A stretch of 63,941 nucleotides of DNA, counting the filler, from Perkinsus olseni (taxonomy: Eukaryota): assembly GCA_013115125.1 (NCBI GenBank). It is 3 parts of 3 records of this genome, joined end to end, with 100 filler letters (N's around TTAATTAATTAA, not from the genome) between each part and the next. Parts side by side here need not be neighbours in the genome. Positions count along the whole stretch, not along the records: positions 1 to 23,753 come from JABANN010000515.1; 2 more parts are not named here. One strand, written 5' to 3'. Positions 1 to 12,530 of the stretch are shown here, piece after piece. The notes below the pieces were generated by a model. The model worked only from the letters and a program-made list of their open reading frames with translations, ran no database searches and was not told where the DNA came from. A program made the position numbers and the translations under genes. Positions within the stretch are counted from its first letter, which is position 1. Each line of letters begins with the position of its first letter.

Positions 1-217
1 AACTGATTGACAAAGTTCCAGAATCATTTCATCATTCGACGTTATTTTATGGGCGAGCGAAACTGAGGCCTCCTTGCAAAATTCAGGAACCCCGATTTTC
101 TGAGAAAATCTCTTTTTTGCCCAGTGCATCGATGTCCTATCGAGCTTCAAACTAGTGTACTGATACTGACGGACTCTGACCAAATTCCGCGAGTTTTCGA
201 AACCCGGACCCCACTAC

Positions 218-3200
218 CTTGCCAGTCTGTTAACAGCCCATTCGTGATTGAATGGACATATATCTTCATCAGCACACCAAAGCCTCTCCGCTATGGCAGC
301 CGCTCGCAGCCACACTCTTGGCATGAACACACTGGCGTCCACAGACTCTCCTGAGGAATCCTCCACAATTCACTTCCCGTCCACGTAGAAAGGCCTTAGT
401 AACCGCCTTGAACGATTTTCCGCAATCGACCAAGGCGAATGGAAGGCTCTCGTCCGACGATTTTCTTTTATAACATCTCACTCAATAGCTCAATATGCAT
501 ACAACATTCAGGTAGAGCAGAACCATCGAAGCTACTCATAAACTTCAAAGATTTGCCGTTGATTGGTGCCCCCTGTGTCACCATACCCAGCGACTATCAC
601 AACGGAGTAGCCCGTGGAAAATGCTCTTAAGACTAAACTGTACTGAGCTATACTATCTCACACGTTGCGAATCTAATATCATAGGCTGATGAAACGAACG
701 AAACTGGAAAAGTCCCGCAGATTCCGAATTCATCAGAACTTTAAACGCTGAAACGACTTCCCTCGGCGCGGCAGAATCCACAGGCAGATCAATGACGAAA
801 TTATTATCACAAAAGTTGTGGTTGTATTTTTTGTCTCTAGTCTCCACGACTGTGTTCTGATATAACCGCATCATTACTTGTCGACGCTACGTCAACAACT
901 TCAACACCAATTGGTGTAATAACTAGATAACAGTAACAATAACGTCAATCGCGTTAGTATGGTTACTCAAGCTCTACTTAACCACCAATCACCTAGAACC
1001 TTCGTACACTTCTAAGCCAAAGAGCCTTGAGCTGTCTCAATACCCCCAATGACTACCCCACATGCAGGCCTCGCCACCTTTGATAACCCCGGCTCCATCT
1101 CGCTTCAACGGCACGTCATAAAATGTCGCCCAATCACTGAGGAAGAGAAAATTGATCCACGAAAATCGGCCAGGCAACTCACTCGCCGAGTAGGTCCAAA
1201 AAGAAGGCCGAGCTGTAAATGAGACCCCCGAAATTTCCAGACGCGGCCATCTGAAAAGAGACCAAATAAACGTATTCAAGGTTAACCATAGGTTTGCTCA
1301 CGTCCAACGTCTGCGATGTGTCATAACGCCAGATCTGCCAAGTGTCGATGGTATCAGCCTGGGTCGTGTGGTCGTCGAGGAAATCATTCCACAGAATCAC
1401 GCGAGCACCTGAAGTCGATTTGAGACGCTACCAAAATGCCAGTCAGGCCAACCTGTCCTTCTCTTCACTTCCGCTATTGTATGGGAGATCCAATAGTCTA
1501 CGAGGTCTGTTCGATTGTGGAACTTACTGAAGCAGGAAAAAACTTCGGTTCAGCAAAGCAGCACTACACTCGCCGTAGAAAGGGACGATTTCCTCAGAAT
1601 TGGAAAAAAATTCCGATGAAGTTTACACAGGAAGCGAATCGATGCGAAATCTTGAGGAAAATTCCGCGCGAATCTTCATATAAGTGCACGGTCAAAGATG
1701 TTATGTTCATCCTTCGACGCCTCGGAGCGGGGTATTGATCTTTCCGAGTATTAGCCCACCCGTGATCTCTCGCCCACTGTTCCAATGCCGGAGTATTCCA
1801 GGCGTCTCCGACCTCATCCCCTCCCAGATGAACCACTCTCTCACCTGAAAAGTTTCAGACGAAAAATCACAGCAGACATCACGAAAATCTTCCGAAAGAT
1901 AAGAGCCACAATGACCGTTGCGCTCAACATCACTTTTCAAAACAGAAAAAGTTGGTATGAAAGATTGATTTTTTTGTTCAAGTTTGTCTTGACATCACGC
2001 ACTCCTCAACGACGGAAAGCAAACACCGGTTGCTGTGTCGGTTATGTGCCTCAAGCTTAGGATTTCTTAGCGTAGCTAGTGCGCAATCACTGGTCATACT
2101 GTCAATAGGACCCTCAAGTTAATTATCATTTTCCATGATCAACAATCTCGCACTAGAGCCGGAAACCGAGCGTAGCTCTACCGCCCGCTTCGGTTGTTTG
2201 CTAGATGGCGATGAAAGAAAATTCTCATTTGAAAGTCACCTTGAATATATAAAGGCATTCTGATGACGAGCATGCACGAGATCGAAGTACTTCGATTTCG
2301 TGCGCGAGCGAGTTTAGTCACCAATAGCAGATCATGATAATCATCGAAACTGAATCTACAGGAAGTTCTCTATCATATGGCATTCTTAAATTTTCTGCGC
2401 CTTTGTCGGATACTTCATCGCAAAAACCGGTTACCCGTGAAGTGGGATATCGCCTTATTACCATTTTTTACTCTTCCCTGCCCGCAGTAGAACAACTCGA
2501 CGACCTCTGAGATCACATCAACCGCCATCTTGCTGGTCCGCTCACTGATAGGGTCCATCCAGTAGTCAGCCTCTCCCGTGAGGAAAGGGTATCTACCAAA
2601 GCAGTCTGCTTTAAGCAGAAGTTTCCCGGCAAAGATCAACCTCGCTCTGAAAGCAACGCTCCTAGCTTGATGAACAGCCTGAAGAACGTCGGTGCGTGGT
2701 AGTCTAACTGAGCCGTATAGTCGGCGTTGGACTTTAAATTTATAAACAACCAACTACTCGACAAAGGAGAACGACCAGCGAAAAAACTTCAGACCAGTCA
2801 TTTTTGATGATGCGCGATTCCGCATGCGGTAGAGCTATCCTGGTCAACCAGACGCCGAGTGATGTGCTTGGCCAGGGTGTCATAGAAAACCGAGAGTCAC
2901 ACAGAATCCGTGTGTTCCACGCCCGCAACGAGCTGACGACTGTCGGGTTGAATGAGCCCGGCTGAGGATCTGCGTCACAGATTCCGAAGCACATATTCCG
3001 ATCGAACAGATTAACATTGAAAATTCGAAGCCCTTTGCGGCAAGGCAGCAAGGATTGGGGGAGGGACTCACCCTCGAATCCAGCTGGTAGTGTGAGCGGG
3101 TACATCCATTTCCGGTATAACTTTGATGTTCAAGCTGTTAGCATACTCGACGACCTCCTTCACCTCGTCCGCAGTGTACCTGAGGGAGGATGATCACAGA

Positions 3201-6200
3201 AAACGCTTCGGAAGTTCTTATTAGCGTCCGAGGGCCCCAGCCTTGCCATTCGAGACGCCTTGTAGACTCTCGAATCCTTCAAACTACAGAGTGATGGTGC
3301 AGCGTGAGAGGCGTTAGTTCAAAGCTACTGTCGAAATCGGCGTGGGGTCGTGCTGGCCGAATTATACGATAGGAAATCCTCACGGCGCGCGTGGCCGTCA
3401 TGTCCGAGAGCTTGCGGACTTCTCCTCCGCGGACTAAAAACGTATCCTTCCGCAATACCCCTCCTAATGGCGGTCGGACGACTAGAAAGTCAGATCGGAA
3501 AAATCGAACTTACGAAACCGGCGTTGGGTTGTTGAATTGCAACCGGCTGTAGTTCTCCAGCTGCACTGAGAAACTGATGTCATCCGATATGTGCCAATGA
3601 AGGACATTCATCTGAACGCGGATGAGCAAAGACGTCAGCTCTCGCGAGAAATTACCGCTTGGAGATCTGTGTTGGTGAGTGAAGATTAAGAATTTGGAAG
3701 GCAGTGAAGGGTAAACTGGCTCGGAAAATTAGGCCCCGGTCAGCATTCAAGAAACTGATTCTAGCGCCGTATTTCACACGGGAAACTGATTTCAGAAAGA
3801 ATCGTTTGCCAACTTCAGAGCGCTGAGTTTCTAGAACAGGCGACAAGGTAGTCAAGGATGTATCATCCTGATAGAGAGTCTCCAGTTAAGTGACGGGCGA
3901 AATTATTATTACAATGGAGATGACAGAAGCTTTCCTCATACGTCGTGTCGTACATGGTACGACGCCACGTCGCTCGGTGCAAGGGCCGCCGGCTGTCACG
4001 CCAATTTTACACAATAGTGGCCGTCGGAACCCTCATAGAACCTCTGCACTTTTCTACTTAACCACTGGGCGAAGTAGAATAGATTAGTCGGAAAATAAAA
4101 GGCCGATAAACAGAGGACTCATAGGGAATACAATAGCTATGAGACAGGAGCGTTACAACAACTTTGTGATAGGAGCAGCAGGATATTCTATCCTGGCACG
4201 GACCCTTGATGATAGGGGCAGTTTACAGCAACTTAAATGAATTTTGTGATAGGAGAGGGCCACACCTAGCTGTATTCCCCTCACACCTCACCTTGACCCA
4301 AGCCATTGTGTGAAGATTCTTCTTGATCAGGTCCACGGGAAGATACCTCCGCCCAGTGTCGATGAGCATCCCTCTGTGAGGGAAGGAAGGGTAATCGGTG
4401 ATGTTGAAGCCCGTGTTTATGATCGAGGTCAGACCGTCTGCGTGATTGTGCGAGATTTGAAACTGATGGAAAAATAGGAAATCGACCCCGCTCGTCCGAG
4501 AGAGAAACAGCGGAATCTTCTGCTATTCCCGTATCGAATTTAATCGAAATAGTCTCCGCGAGATCGCAATGAGAAACTGCAGGAGGCGGAGTCAAAACTC
4601 ACCGCTGTGAGCATGCCGTAGAAGAAGCCGCTTCTGCTGCTGAACTTGAGATGGCAAAGCTGTGGAGTGCAGGTGAACTCGTATGCTTCATCCAGCAGAC
4701 CAACATCATATTCTACACTCACCGCCACTGGGTGAGAGGGTGCTGAGGGCACAGCACAGTTGAGCTCTATCACGCATCGACAGATTGGCTGAGTGGTTAA
4801 GGCTACTAACGCTAATTCACAAGGGCGTAGGATCGAACCCAACGCCTGTCATAAACATCTCCGTGGCTTAATGCCTGGGATAACCCCCACGAAAGAACTC
4901 AACCTACTTGATATTTGCATTCCGTGGACGAAGTTGTTGAGAACGAAGTCCAAATCCTCTTGAACAACTGGGCCCCCATTGGCCTGCAGCTTGAATGCAA
5001 AACAACTACCATAATCATCCCCGGTCTCTGAGACAAACGCGAATACCCGAGGACTGGCGAGATTGTGATGCGCCCTCGGTAGCTCCGGAAAAGCAACCAC
5101 AGAAGCTCCGCTGCGCTCGGTAAGGCCAGGGGGATGGTGAACTTTCACGGAAGAGAAGGTAACTTATCACATCAACAACAGAAATTGTATAAGTATAGAT
5201 AATAATGATAATAATTTATAGTTCAGCCCAAGTTTCGTCCAGCCTCCTCACTGTTTGCTTTTGTGGCAGTGTGATGGTTGAATCTCATTGAGTTTCATTC
5301 TTTTTGAGACTCTGACCGGCTTTTATGCCGTGCGTCCGACAGTATAGTTAGAATAGTTGGTGATATTAGCTATAGTATAACATAATAGTCTAATAGATAA
5401 TAATAGCACTAAAAATAGTTGACTGTAGGTTTAACAGCTAGATAAAAGCTAGTTTAAAGCGAAGAACGATACATAAATAATAGAATGATAATTATACCCA
5501 ATATTTCCTTATTCATAAAATTAGATTATGAATATTACTCAAGATTAGCATCTTTGGTATGATGGTACACGCCTCGTCATCTCAATAAGTACTCAATATT
5601 CTATACTGAATAATACCACCAATTATCACGATACTAATATATCAAGATAGTGCCGGTAGGCACAACTCTTTGTTTTTCCGACTCTTTCTTGTATGAGGCC
5701 CACCATTAAAAATTTGCTAAAAAAACGAAAAAAATAAATAGCAGTAGCTGGAGCAAGCGACGGAGGACTGGCGACTGAGACGTTGACCGCGAGGATGGAG
5801 GAAGACGCAGAAGAAGTCGGTCGAAGCCTTAGAGCAGGAAGACGTGATAATCAAGTCATGTATTGCTCGTCATTAAGGACAGTTTCGAACGGATATATCA
5901 TAAAGCATACTAAACGAACATATAAAGTATAATGAATAACCTATTAATACTATATAATAACCTCTACGTTACTCGACGTCTTTCCAACGCCGTTCACTGT
6001 TATCGACTTCGGAACTGGCCAGATCATCAAGGGTGGCTGTGGAGGCGTGGCAGCTGCGTTTCCATATCCCGCGACACTCGGGCACCTAAAGTTCATGTCA
6101 ATTGCCGGCAGGCACAATTCCTCCGGAAAGAACTCAGAAGGTGGCAACTCGGAGATACCGATCAGATCACTCGATTCAGCGCGAAAGGTCCAAGGTTCAA

Positions 6201-6266
6201 ATCCCCCGTCGGGCTTACATGGCGAGCAGACATAACGTCGCGGCAGTTGCCGCATGACCTGGAGTC
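218..6266 (-). CDS. Beta-N-acetylhexosaminidase (glycoside hydrolase family 20), multi-exon; 5' start uncertain, 3' end probably runs off the left edge
   Basis: Hand-spliced GT-AG exons give GH20 motifs in order: LMIWPVPKSITV (about 6030); DEAYEFTC...GFFYGMLT (about 4700-4600); DYPSFPHRGMLIDTGRRYLPV...MAWVK (4437-4292); MNVLHWHISDDISFS (3611-3514); YTADEVKEVVEYA...VIPEMDVPAHT (3179-3072); MDPISERTSKMAVDVISEVVELF (about 2550-2465); catalytic VHLGGDEV (from 1844); VILWND; GGEACMWG; ESVDASVFMPRVWLRAAAIAERLW (350-218). Phases are compatible across the catalytic domain. Confidence 0.93.
4779..4851 (+). pseudogene. Degenerate tRNA (Ser/Leu-like) inside a GH20 intron, antisense to the host gene
   Basis: GACAGATTGGCTGAGTGGTTAAGGC...GGCGTAGGATCGAACCCAACGCCTGTCA: A-box-like D arm, partly paired acceptor stem (GACAG/CTGTC), damaged T arm, collapsed anticodon arm. 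Confidence 0.7.
5801..5888. repeat. Dispersed repeat fragment, second copy at about 46383-46470
   Basis: gaagacgcaga...gaagccttagagcagg...catgtattgct...ttaaggacagtttcga is present in both places, about 12 differences in 88 nt by eye, mostly transitions. Confidence 0.8.
6185..6215 (+). pseudogene. tRNA 3'-half relic (Lys-like T arm/B-box) overlapping a GH20 intron donor
   Basis: AAGGTCCAAGGTTCAAATCCCCCGTCGGGCT; on the minus strand the intron 6218-6086 begins GTAAGCCCGACGGGGGATTTGAACC. Confidence 0.6.
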
Positions 6267-6644
6267 CTGCGAGTGACCATTAGGAACCCCCAGGCAACTG
6301 AGCGGACCGCAGGAGATACTTTTCTCAGTCGACAAGCCACCTCAACGTGGCAATGATTCCACTTGAGGCACTCGCGTAACGCAAACAGAATCTCACGGCA
6401 TCACCAACGTTGTGAATGGGGGACAAGAAATCGCATCATGCGAAGTCATCCACAGCGTGACTCGGTAAGAGCTTGGGAACTTCTCCCGAGTCTGAAGACA
6501 TAAGTGGGCGCTCTAGGAGCAACATTCTTCGGCTTGATGAACAGAGCCTAGTCAACAGGCTGAACTGGCCCCCCAAAAAGAACGTCGGTGCTAGTTTAAC
6601 TAGGTCGTACTATCAGCGTTAGAGTTCGAACTCACACACACCAG

Positions 6645-6673
6645 AGGGCGCAGGTTCGATCCCGGCGTCGTTG
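6645..6673 (+). pseudogene. tRNA 3'-half relic (Ser-like T arm/B-box)
   Basis: GGGCGCAGGTTCGATCCCGGCGTCGTTG; exact GGTTCRANNCC, no intact D or anticodon arm upstream. Confidence 0.55.
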
Positions 6674-7176
6674 AGTTCACTCAGTAGATCGTCAAATGTC
6701 TTCTCCATGCGCGTTCAATAAACCCCACCGCTCGTGAATAATCTAAGGATCTCTCTATCAAGGAATCACTCCTAGTGCTTGACTAGGAAGATCGCATAAA
6801 TTGTGGTAATGGGAGGAATAGACGACTCCCGCATGAGTGCTCGCGCCTGATGACTCCTATCATCATGAAAAAATGGAAATTGATCAATTTAACCGCCCGG
6901 TCGTTGAAACTTTCTCGACGAACAAATCGCATCAAACATTCGGCCGATGTTTCATTCACGGTCCTCACGTAGTATAGCGCTCTCGAACACGGTGGGCCAA
7001 CGTGAGGCCCACCGTCGTTTCCGACGGTTGCGACCGTGGGTGACATACTTCCGGCTCTACCACGGCGGCTTTGGCGTAGTAGGTAGCGCGTAGGTCTCAT
7101 AATAACACGGCGTCTTTCACATTGAGAAAGTTGACGAGTTCCTCTCCAATATATCGGACATAGGAAGCGTCATGAA

Positions 7177-7258
7177 TGTCAGCTGTGGGATTCGAACCCA
7201 CGAGGATCTCTCCGCCAGAACTTGAGTCTGGCGCCTTAGACCGCTCGGCCAAACTGAC
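7177..7258 (-). tRNA. tRNA-Leu(CAA), intronless
   Basis: GTCAGTTTGGCCGAGCGGTCTAAGGCG CCAGA-CT-CAA-GT-TCTGG, long variable arm, GTGGGTTCGAATCCCAC AGCTGACA; full cloverleaf. Confidence 0.95.
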
Positions 7259-7857
7259 TCCGAGAAATCTGTATATATGACACTATCCAGCAGACCGTTT
7301 GTGTTGGGGGAGATGTACGACGGATGCAGAAGACCGGAAAGATGAGTAGAGCATTACAATTCACCCTCTCAGCTATCGAGAAGCGAAATCTTGTCGACCC
7401 AATATTCCGCAATAGACCGAAATGAATAACCGATGTCGGACGCCACTAGGGATCGTCTCGGATCCAAAAAGTAGAGCCCAGTAAGATCTCCCGCCATACA
7501 AAACCCACAGTCATTCCAGCCGAGGCATCGACAATGCCGCGTTGCGCCGGGTATCTGCAGTTGGAGCCCTCCGGAACAGTACACGCCCAAATTGGACGCC
7601 CCACAAATTTCCTTTTTCAATGACCTGAAACCACCGCCGACGAGGAGTCGTTACGTGTTGGTTGAGTGCAGCAACTCCACTCGACGAGCACCATGATACC
7701 ACCCGCACGCATACACAAGCGCGGCAGCAAGTTGAATGGGCGTGTGTGTACGCATGTACATGGCAAGAGTATCAGCATATTGCCCGACAGTCGATCGTTT
7801 TCGAAAGCATTATTAGGGGTGGGCGGCGAGATCGGGATGCTTCCAACGTTCATCACC

Positions 7858-7937
7858 GACAGTTTGGCCGAGTGGTCCAAGGCGCTGGCTTTAGGCGCCA
7901 GTCCGAAAGGGCGTGGGTTCGAACCTCACAGTTGTCA
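7858..7937 (+). tRNA. tRNA-Leu(TAG)
   Basis: GACAGTTTGGCCGAGTGGTCCAAGGCG CTGGC-TT-TAG-GC-GCCAG TCCGAAAGGGC GTGGGTTCGAACCTCAC AGTTGTCA; full cloverleaf with some G-U pairs. Confidence 0.9.
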
Positions 7938-8079
7938 TTTGCGTCGGTCGATGAATCCAATTTTTCTTCTAGGTTTGACCTAGGTAGTCATAATCTTGAT
8001 TATCAGCAGCCTCTCGGACAACTGGAAGACTCACGCAACCTCTCAAGGCTTTCACAACATCATCCACGTTCCAGTTGCA

Positions 8080-8647
8080 TCATGCGGACTCATTCGGCGC
8101 TTCTCTTGACGAGGGCTCGAGAGAGGAACCTGAGAAGGCCTCAACGATCGCACCATCAACCCCCGTACGAGGCAGGGAGTTCACCTGGCCTCTCCTTGGG
8201 TGCGACCGGTATGTCCATCGCCGCCGCTCTGTATGCATCCGCATACACTCTTCGCTGGAGGGCCAGCGCAAGAATCATCAGCAATAACGAAATGCCGATT
8301 CCGAGCGAGAAGGCCACTAACACTCTACCTGCCGAAGGGAAACACAATCGTTACCATAAACGGAACCTTCACGAGATGGTAGAAACTGAGCGGAGCGATG
8401 CGATTTTCCACCAGTTCTTCGCGAGATCGCTCGCTCCTGTCCATGAGAGGTTTCCTCTAAGAGAGCGACTGCATTGATCTCGTCGACGGCGACATCCAGG
8501 AACTACGAACAGAAACATCCAGCGCCATTTCGCGCGCGACTTAATTCAACTTACTCTGACGAAGCGCGTTCTCAAACTGGCAGCCTCGCAGGGCTGGAGA
8601 TCAAAAAAGAAGAGTGAGAGCAGAATTATCGGGCGGAAAATGGACAT
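8080..8647 (-). CDS. Small type-I membrane protein, 4 exons
   Basis: Spliced: MSIFRPIILLSLFFFDLQPCEAASLRTRFVR|FLDVAVDE...FLPSRE|GRVLVAFSLGIGISLLLMILALALQRR...|GSSLEPSSREAPNESA*. Signal peptide, one TM helix, canonical GT-AG introns. Confidence 0.75.
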
Positions 8648-8961
8648 GCAGAAAGGTAATGGCTAGATCAAGGCGCAGCATCTTAGGTTGAACCGCGGAA
8701 GATACAAAATAGGTCGTATCGGCGGGGTTCAACTCAACACATCCCTTCCCTAAACCGCCAACTTCATACATGTTACACATAAATTCAACTTCAGATCCTC
8801 AGACCTAAAACCAGCACGACCCTTGCGAAACAGCAAGCGGGTGTAAAGTCATGAAATTTTACGATGGGCATGACAAATCGCGCTCGCCATGTTGATCGAT
8901 TTGTCTACCTCGGCCCATCCTGCGTTGTATTCAGATTCACCAGCAAAAGCCTCCTACCTTG

Positions 8962-11879
8962 TCAACAGTCATCTACGAAGAGCGCACGTCTCGGCATGTC
9001 GGCCGACTCGGTCGCAACTCGATTGAATTGGCCCTGAGCAAAATTCGACAACCGTCGCCAACACTGCATGTATTGCTGCCATGTCGACGATACGATCAGC
9101 TGTTCACGCCCGCATAACATTTCGCGCGCCACGAAATTACTCACCTTCACAGAGCCGGCTCTTTTACGGGGCAACCATGGCGGGGACGAGACCTCCTTCG
9201 GTCTCTTTGGTGGCGTCGAGTATCCTTCATCTACAAAGCGAAAAAAGGCACTTGGACCAAGCACGAAGTTCTTCTCTGAAAAATAAAAAAAATTTTTTAC
9301 AACAATGATCTATTGTTGCATGCTTGGATGTATCAAGTCTATTGCGTTCTTCGGGTAAAATATAGGTAGGTAGCCCCAACGAGCGAGTAAACGACACCAA
9401 CAGCGATAATTCACTAAATCGTTCTGTTTCTCCACAATGAAGGTGAGAAATCACGCGGGAACATTGAACGCGTGATTCTGATAAAATCATCTCATACCAT
9501 CGACGGTAGTGGTTAATCAAACTCTTCAAAAAACCAAAGATTTCCGGAAAAAAACGCCAACTTGAAGTTACATTCTCTTTACCTATGGCAGTATTCTCAG
9601 ACCGACAAGGGAGTCTGGTCGTCACAAATCAGCTGGAAATAAATTCATCAGTCGAATTTATTTCCAGAAAATCGCAAATCACAGCCACCCTGAGCATACC
9701 TGTGATAACCCCCTGCTCTCGCGGAAGTGCTCGATGTGTTGAACATGATCGATTCTGAAACAGAAATGCCCAGGTAATTTCGAACTGAAGTGTGACAAGC
9801 CCAAGCGCCCCGTCGAACGATATAACCGAAAACGTCAACAGTCGAAACAAAAAAACTAGGGCGCTCGCTTTTTACATACACACGGTGAACTGCTCACAAC
9901 GATCGCTTCGAAAAGGGCTACTTCGTCAGTCGGCCCCTCTCCGATGCTTGCATTCCGTGCCGACCCACGACGGCTCCTCGGGCTCCTGGGCGTTGATGGT
10001 CGGAACTCGAGACCGCTGAAGACACCAGCAAATGCAGACACCAACTGCGCGGCTCTCCCGCGAGCTATGCCGCCGCTCGGGAACGCTCCCGACCTCCTTT
10101 CCAAACGTCTCATGTAAGGCAACTGTTCGAGTTTATCCCACCGAGGAAGTAATTTGAAAAAAATTCGAATGCTTTTCGTTGAGATCACGCTTTTGGAAGA
10201 AACGTGACCAAGATGGCGGTATCGCTGAGGAACCGCCAGACCCCTCCATCGCCCCACCGAATCCTCGCTAGACCTCGGAAGATCGAGAGCGAGTAGAAGC
10301 TAGGCCGACCAGAGCTAGCCCAGCAAGGTGAACGCTCTTCGAAGATTCTCACTCAGTTGTGGGCGGAGAATCATTGGTTAGACCGTGAAGGGTCGAAAGA
10401 GCATTTCACCGCTACGCCCTGCGAACTCTTTCACCCGAGGAAGGAAAATTCTTTTTTCGCCAACTGAGCATTTTTCTACAAAATGGGGAGAATAACGAAT
10501 GACGAATGAGTCAAACGAGTCGCCATTTTCCGAGTTTCTGTGAAATCGGCGTCACCCACCGAGCGCACCCTTTTCGAAGCTTCTTGGGAGGGGAGGCCAT
10601 GACGTGAAGGAAAAACCCGTCTAAAGGCAACCCAGTTGCACCGCTTATTATCTTCATTTCCATCACATCCGATCACTTCGATCCACCAGTTCCATCGTAG
10701 GTGTTATTTTTCTCATTGGCATTGCTACGTAGCCCCTCGTTAAACCATACCAAATTTTTCACAACTTCCCCGGAAATGCCTCATGCCGTGTTTCCATTTT
10801 CAATCAAAATTTAGAGCATTCCGATCCTGAGGAATAACACCTACTTGACCCGCTATACAACCACACGAGATGAATCGGAAGATTCCTCGGAAAGAGTAAC
10901 CAGAGAACTCAGAATTCGAGTTGCAATTCACGCTAGGTTGCCAGCACGCTCGCTTCAAATCCAACAAAGCCGGGGGCGGCGTTGGTTAGATTGTATTCAA
11001 TTTACAGTTTCAATTTATCGCTATATAATGATACAGGATATATCAACATTGAGGTCCCTGCGGAAAGAGACATCAGAGGTTTCAGAATTCGCGCTGCGAG
11101 CCCTTTCCCAACGCAACCAGCCAATCGGCATCAACACAGCTGCATGGCGACGCTTGTGACGATCAAAGGATCTCCCCATCATGAAATAAACGATTCTGGA
11201 TGAACCTATCCCATCAGGATACGACGAAAGAATTTCGTGACGCGTGACGAATTGGCGCCGGTTGAGCTTACCTCGATGACTAGTCCAGCTACTGGCTTTC
11301 AAACTAACCTTGACCGGCTGATGTATCAGGCTGCTGGGCCACTTCACGCCGAGCCTTATACTGAAACAACAATAGATCCCGGGTTCGAATCCCAGCGAAA
11401 ACACTTCTTCCAACCCTTGGCTGTCGGCGTGGAACCGCTGCTGGGACGCCCTCTTCAGCAGGCAACGACACCGAGTGGTCCACGAAGGGCGACGTCTGCA
11501 GCGTTGATGCTGATGCCGATGGACCTGATACCAAAAGATACCATTCCTGATACCATGACGTCGCGAAAAGATTTTTGATGGCGAAGCTGCGCCCGAATAC
11601 GCGGTGAGTGTCGTCGAACCTCCGCGGCAAAAGTAACGGTTTCAGTTACACAGAGAGCATCTACTACGAAGAAAACTCCCCCAAAGAAAAAAGGCGAAAG
11701 AATCGTGGAGTAGGTAAGTCCCGTGCATCAGATCTCTTTTTCGACTAACCTGAATCTCGTCTCGCAATAGAGACACTCGCCGCCGCAGCAGGAGGGTCAG
11801 CAGGGGCGGTAGAACTGGCTGACTCGGCTGGTGCCTCGATACGACTCTGACACCACACGTACCATCAATAGGGTGCATC
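8962..11879 (-). CDS. Hypothetical low-complexity protein, multi-exon
   Basis: Exons bounded by GT/AG: MHPID|ASSTAPADPP...|GPSASAST...PRRQPR|YKARREVAQQPD...; later DEGYSTPPKRPKEVSSPPWLPRKRAGSVK|CWRRLS...VDDC*. Middle exons are not fully resolved. Confidence 0.5.
11374..11403 (+). pseudogene. tRNA-Val-like 3'-half relic filling most of a 54-nt intron (11414-11361), antisense
   Basis: AGATCCCGGGTTCGAATCCCAGCGAAAACA; intron on minus strand: GTTGGAAGAAG-TGTTTTCGCTGGGATTCGAACCCGGGATCT-ATTGTTGTTTCAG. Confidence 0.65.
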
Positions 11880-12530
11880 AAGTAATCTCAGACTCTTTTC
11901 CAAAAATATGGTATCAATAAGTGATGACAAAATAAAAGTCCCTCCGTGAACATGCTGCGATATACGTGGACTGGTACATGATAAAAACCCTACCAAAACA
12001 ACTGCCTGATATGCGGGTCGGCCGAAGAGTCTCCAAATCCACTCGTATGAGAATCGACGAATTAATCAAACGTAGTTGCGCTCAAGCGCGCTAATATTGG
12101 TGTTAGTGAATGCCTTGATCGGTGTAGTTTAGAACAGATAGAATCTCGGGATTCAACCAAGATTATGCGAAGATCCCTGAGCGCGTCAATCGGAGTAGCG
12201 GCGGAATGGGAGTGTGAAACGTTGCTAGGTTAGTGATGGTCTTACTAGGGCCGTATCGTTTAAATATCAGAGCGAAACTCGGCTTCTTCGATGAATTATG
12301 AGTAGCGTGCCATGTATGTTAACAATTTGTGGAGTGGTGTATTGTGCGTACAAATTAGTCAGGCAGAATCGGGAAACTGCGATATTATAAGGCCTGAATC
12401 TTGAAACCGAAAAGTCTTACAATGCCACGCCCTTGAACCCAGACAAGCATATACTAGCACATAAGAGTCGACGGCGTTCAAGAGTCTCCCAAGGAACTCC
12501 TACGCAGTATTATTATCAAATTGCGAACAC

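Noticed and set aside
7369-7760. Possible small gene between the two divergent tRNA-Leu genes
   Set aside because: It needs an unusually short 30-nt intron and shows no recognisable motifs; left uncalled.
7662-8477. 271-aa plus-strand ORF
   Set aside because: It runs through an intact tRNA and is antisense to a well-formed spliced gene; no motifs.
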